Virus record (IMG/VR): IMGVR_UViG_3300027834_000003 | DNA: 43,432 nucleotides | Origin: a virus | Reading direction: 5' to 3' (one strand) | Part shown: positions 43,301 to 43,432 of the stretch, in pieces | Layout: each line of letters starts with the position of its first letter | Position numbering within the stretch: the stretch's first letter is position 1 | Notes under the pieces: model-generated | What the model was told of the DNA's origin: nothing | Seen by the model: only the letters and a program-made list of their open reading frames with translations | Databases searched by the model: none | Translations under genes and position numbers: made by a program

Positions 43301-43432
43301 GTTTAGATGATGTTTCTGCTTGACTTGAGGTTTTAGCATCCTTACTAGCAAGATTATTTGCTAACCCATCATTTGTTTTTAAACCTCTAACCAGTTTATA
43401 ATCTATAAAACCAATAGTACCATATATTGATA
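40380..43432 (-). CDS. 3' part (C-terminal ~975 codons) of the 1259-aa internal virion/ejection protein; the 5' part is at 1-854
   Basis: The frame of ORF 40380-43247 stays open upstream of its reported GTG to the window end. I read codon by codon (...KVERVKVERNEVMGRK) and found no stop. Several hydrophobic Gly/Ala-rich segments are present. Confidence 0.85.
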   Translation of the reverse strand, partial: SIYGTIGFIDYKLVRGLKTNDGLANNLASKDAKTSSQAETSSKQDELRAQIDEGLKVERVKVERNEVMGRKIDLEDELENLAKGSDEHIAMSKKIDNLEKQIKSYDDIGVKPKAPKTLTPQAQAYTKSLIESRMKLAMNTGFKNLQKIVKSPSKSALSSDALRLINETITDVEAIGAKIEMEIADVKKSVEALGKGGDRALVEDIVEVYRALHKEGHISKSSMGQIEASFKKGAGEGFAHPKIEITPTKNGKGAKIKINGKVAKVVGASALATTVVSAADSGDVAVGVGAMIVAGILGVKAINAMKSANGSTLYQKASSIVSDMRNSDNTRSIRARIGDTMMKTRTTLTETVEPMYRNIQNKEMRKIVGDLYYNPLDAIGSTIETIKRQIKDTHFLGMNKEIQPIYKEWLKDGKVTKVDELGGIFNSMSFRVKFNKELFEFMELGKHQDNVHLASAANITQRYYKSIFDKTIDAGVKGADKMVKTTGKYHVPRVVDSIGFSNKMANITDESFELVVKSFSNMLTKTKDAEEVARVYINAIINTSDAGKTFTKDARQSLIKELKAKGLADDMIEDIISTTSGQYGRTKARIDMDYSKFGNVEVKYGDGTTASIGYDDIFNSDIMSASSSLFNSASGHIAMAHKGYSSVDDLLGVVNSSKIDPSYKNTLSKDIMATVGVSSIDYSQTANIVAKNIANAAIGRGMLLSTISLMSEGAVALANMVRSSGVMGMAKTVTGKARNTLGDDSFALHSIVSQEDGFGYGMHQYGATYGQFRTFDEFGNIESSIEGVGKVTEIWRDFTLHTLPFVRSSDLLERLNLQDTLDTLKGHFDGKITFKDYEIKAFGISKHMENKLKGALTLNEKGHVAFFDYTKWNLKDQIEFKSVVDRIMMKRMNKATMGTASAFSRHSAIGVALMPMLKFPMTAYSNIGSFMGRGMLQGDTFAMTQAMMWFQAGMVQSMIRNEINGREQDDVSLMYAGFMNMPMSGVYGTAMGLLHSPTTKTMGEVSEVIDLYNYTK
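43306..43432. repeat. Exact 127-bp copy of 1-127, a circular assembly overlap
   Basis: Identical to the first 127 bases of the window. Confidence 0.97.

Noticed and set aside
43306-43432. The 127-bp direct repeat at both window ends as a genuine phage direct terminal repeat
   Set aside because: It lies inside a continuous ORF and in frame with it. An exact end overlap is what an assembler leaves on a circular or concatemeric contig. True termini are more likely in the 19.5-20.4 kb gap.

Overview
The window is a complete, circularly closed genome of a tailed dsDNA phage. It is about 43.3 kb unique, AT-rich by eye, and podovirus-like. Bases 1-127 are identical to 43306-43432, which is an assembler overlap, so the linear window is an arbitrary permutation that cuts one large virion gene in two.

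The genes form two arms that diverge from an ~0.9 kb non-coding control region (19495-20376) and converge at 38389-38392.

- **Minus arm (19494 down through the junction to 38389):** a T7-like morphogenesis module. In order: portal, scaffold, major capsid, tail tubular A and B, a 1043-aa multi-lectin tail fibre, holin, overlapped spanins, amidase endolysin, three or four internal-virion proteins, and small and large terminase.
- **Plus arm (20377-38392):** early and replication genes. These include an AAA_5 ATPase cassette, a prim-pol/SF3 helicase, a DUF2800-type nuclease, a DUF2815-type SSB, a compact family-B DNA polymerase, an SNF2 helicase, a VRR-NUC nuclease, a DUF3310 protein and a dUTPase.

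I saw no phage RNA polymerase, integrase, tRNA, CRISPR array or reverse transcriptase. The lipobox o-spanin implies a Gram-negative host.

The best candidates for something undescribed are:
1. A tightly coupled four-gene AAA_5-ATPase cassette with unrecognisable partners (21531-24262).
2. Three unusually long structured non-coding regions, two of them origin-like. One has 12 copies of TTACTAC plus a 20-bp hairpin upstream of the primase. The other has orphan sigma70-like promoters, a 19-bp perfect inverted repeat, 24-bp direct repeats and an AT tract.
3. A PLA2-like CC-x2-HD membrane miniprotein coupled to the holin.

All functional calls rest on motifs read by eye and on gene order. No database search was possible.
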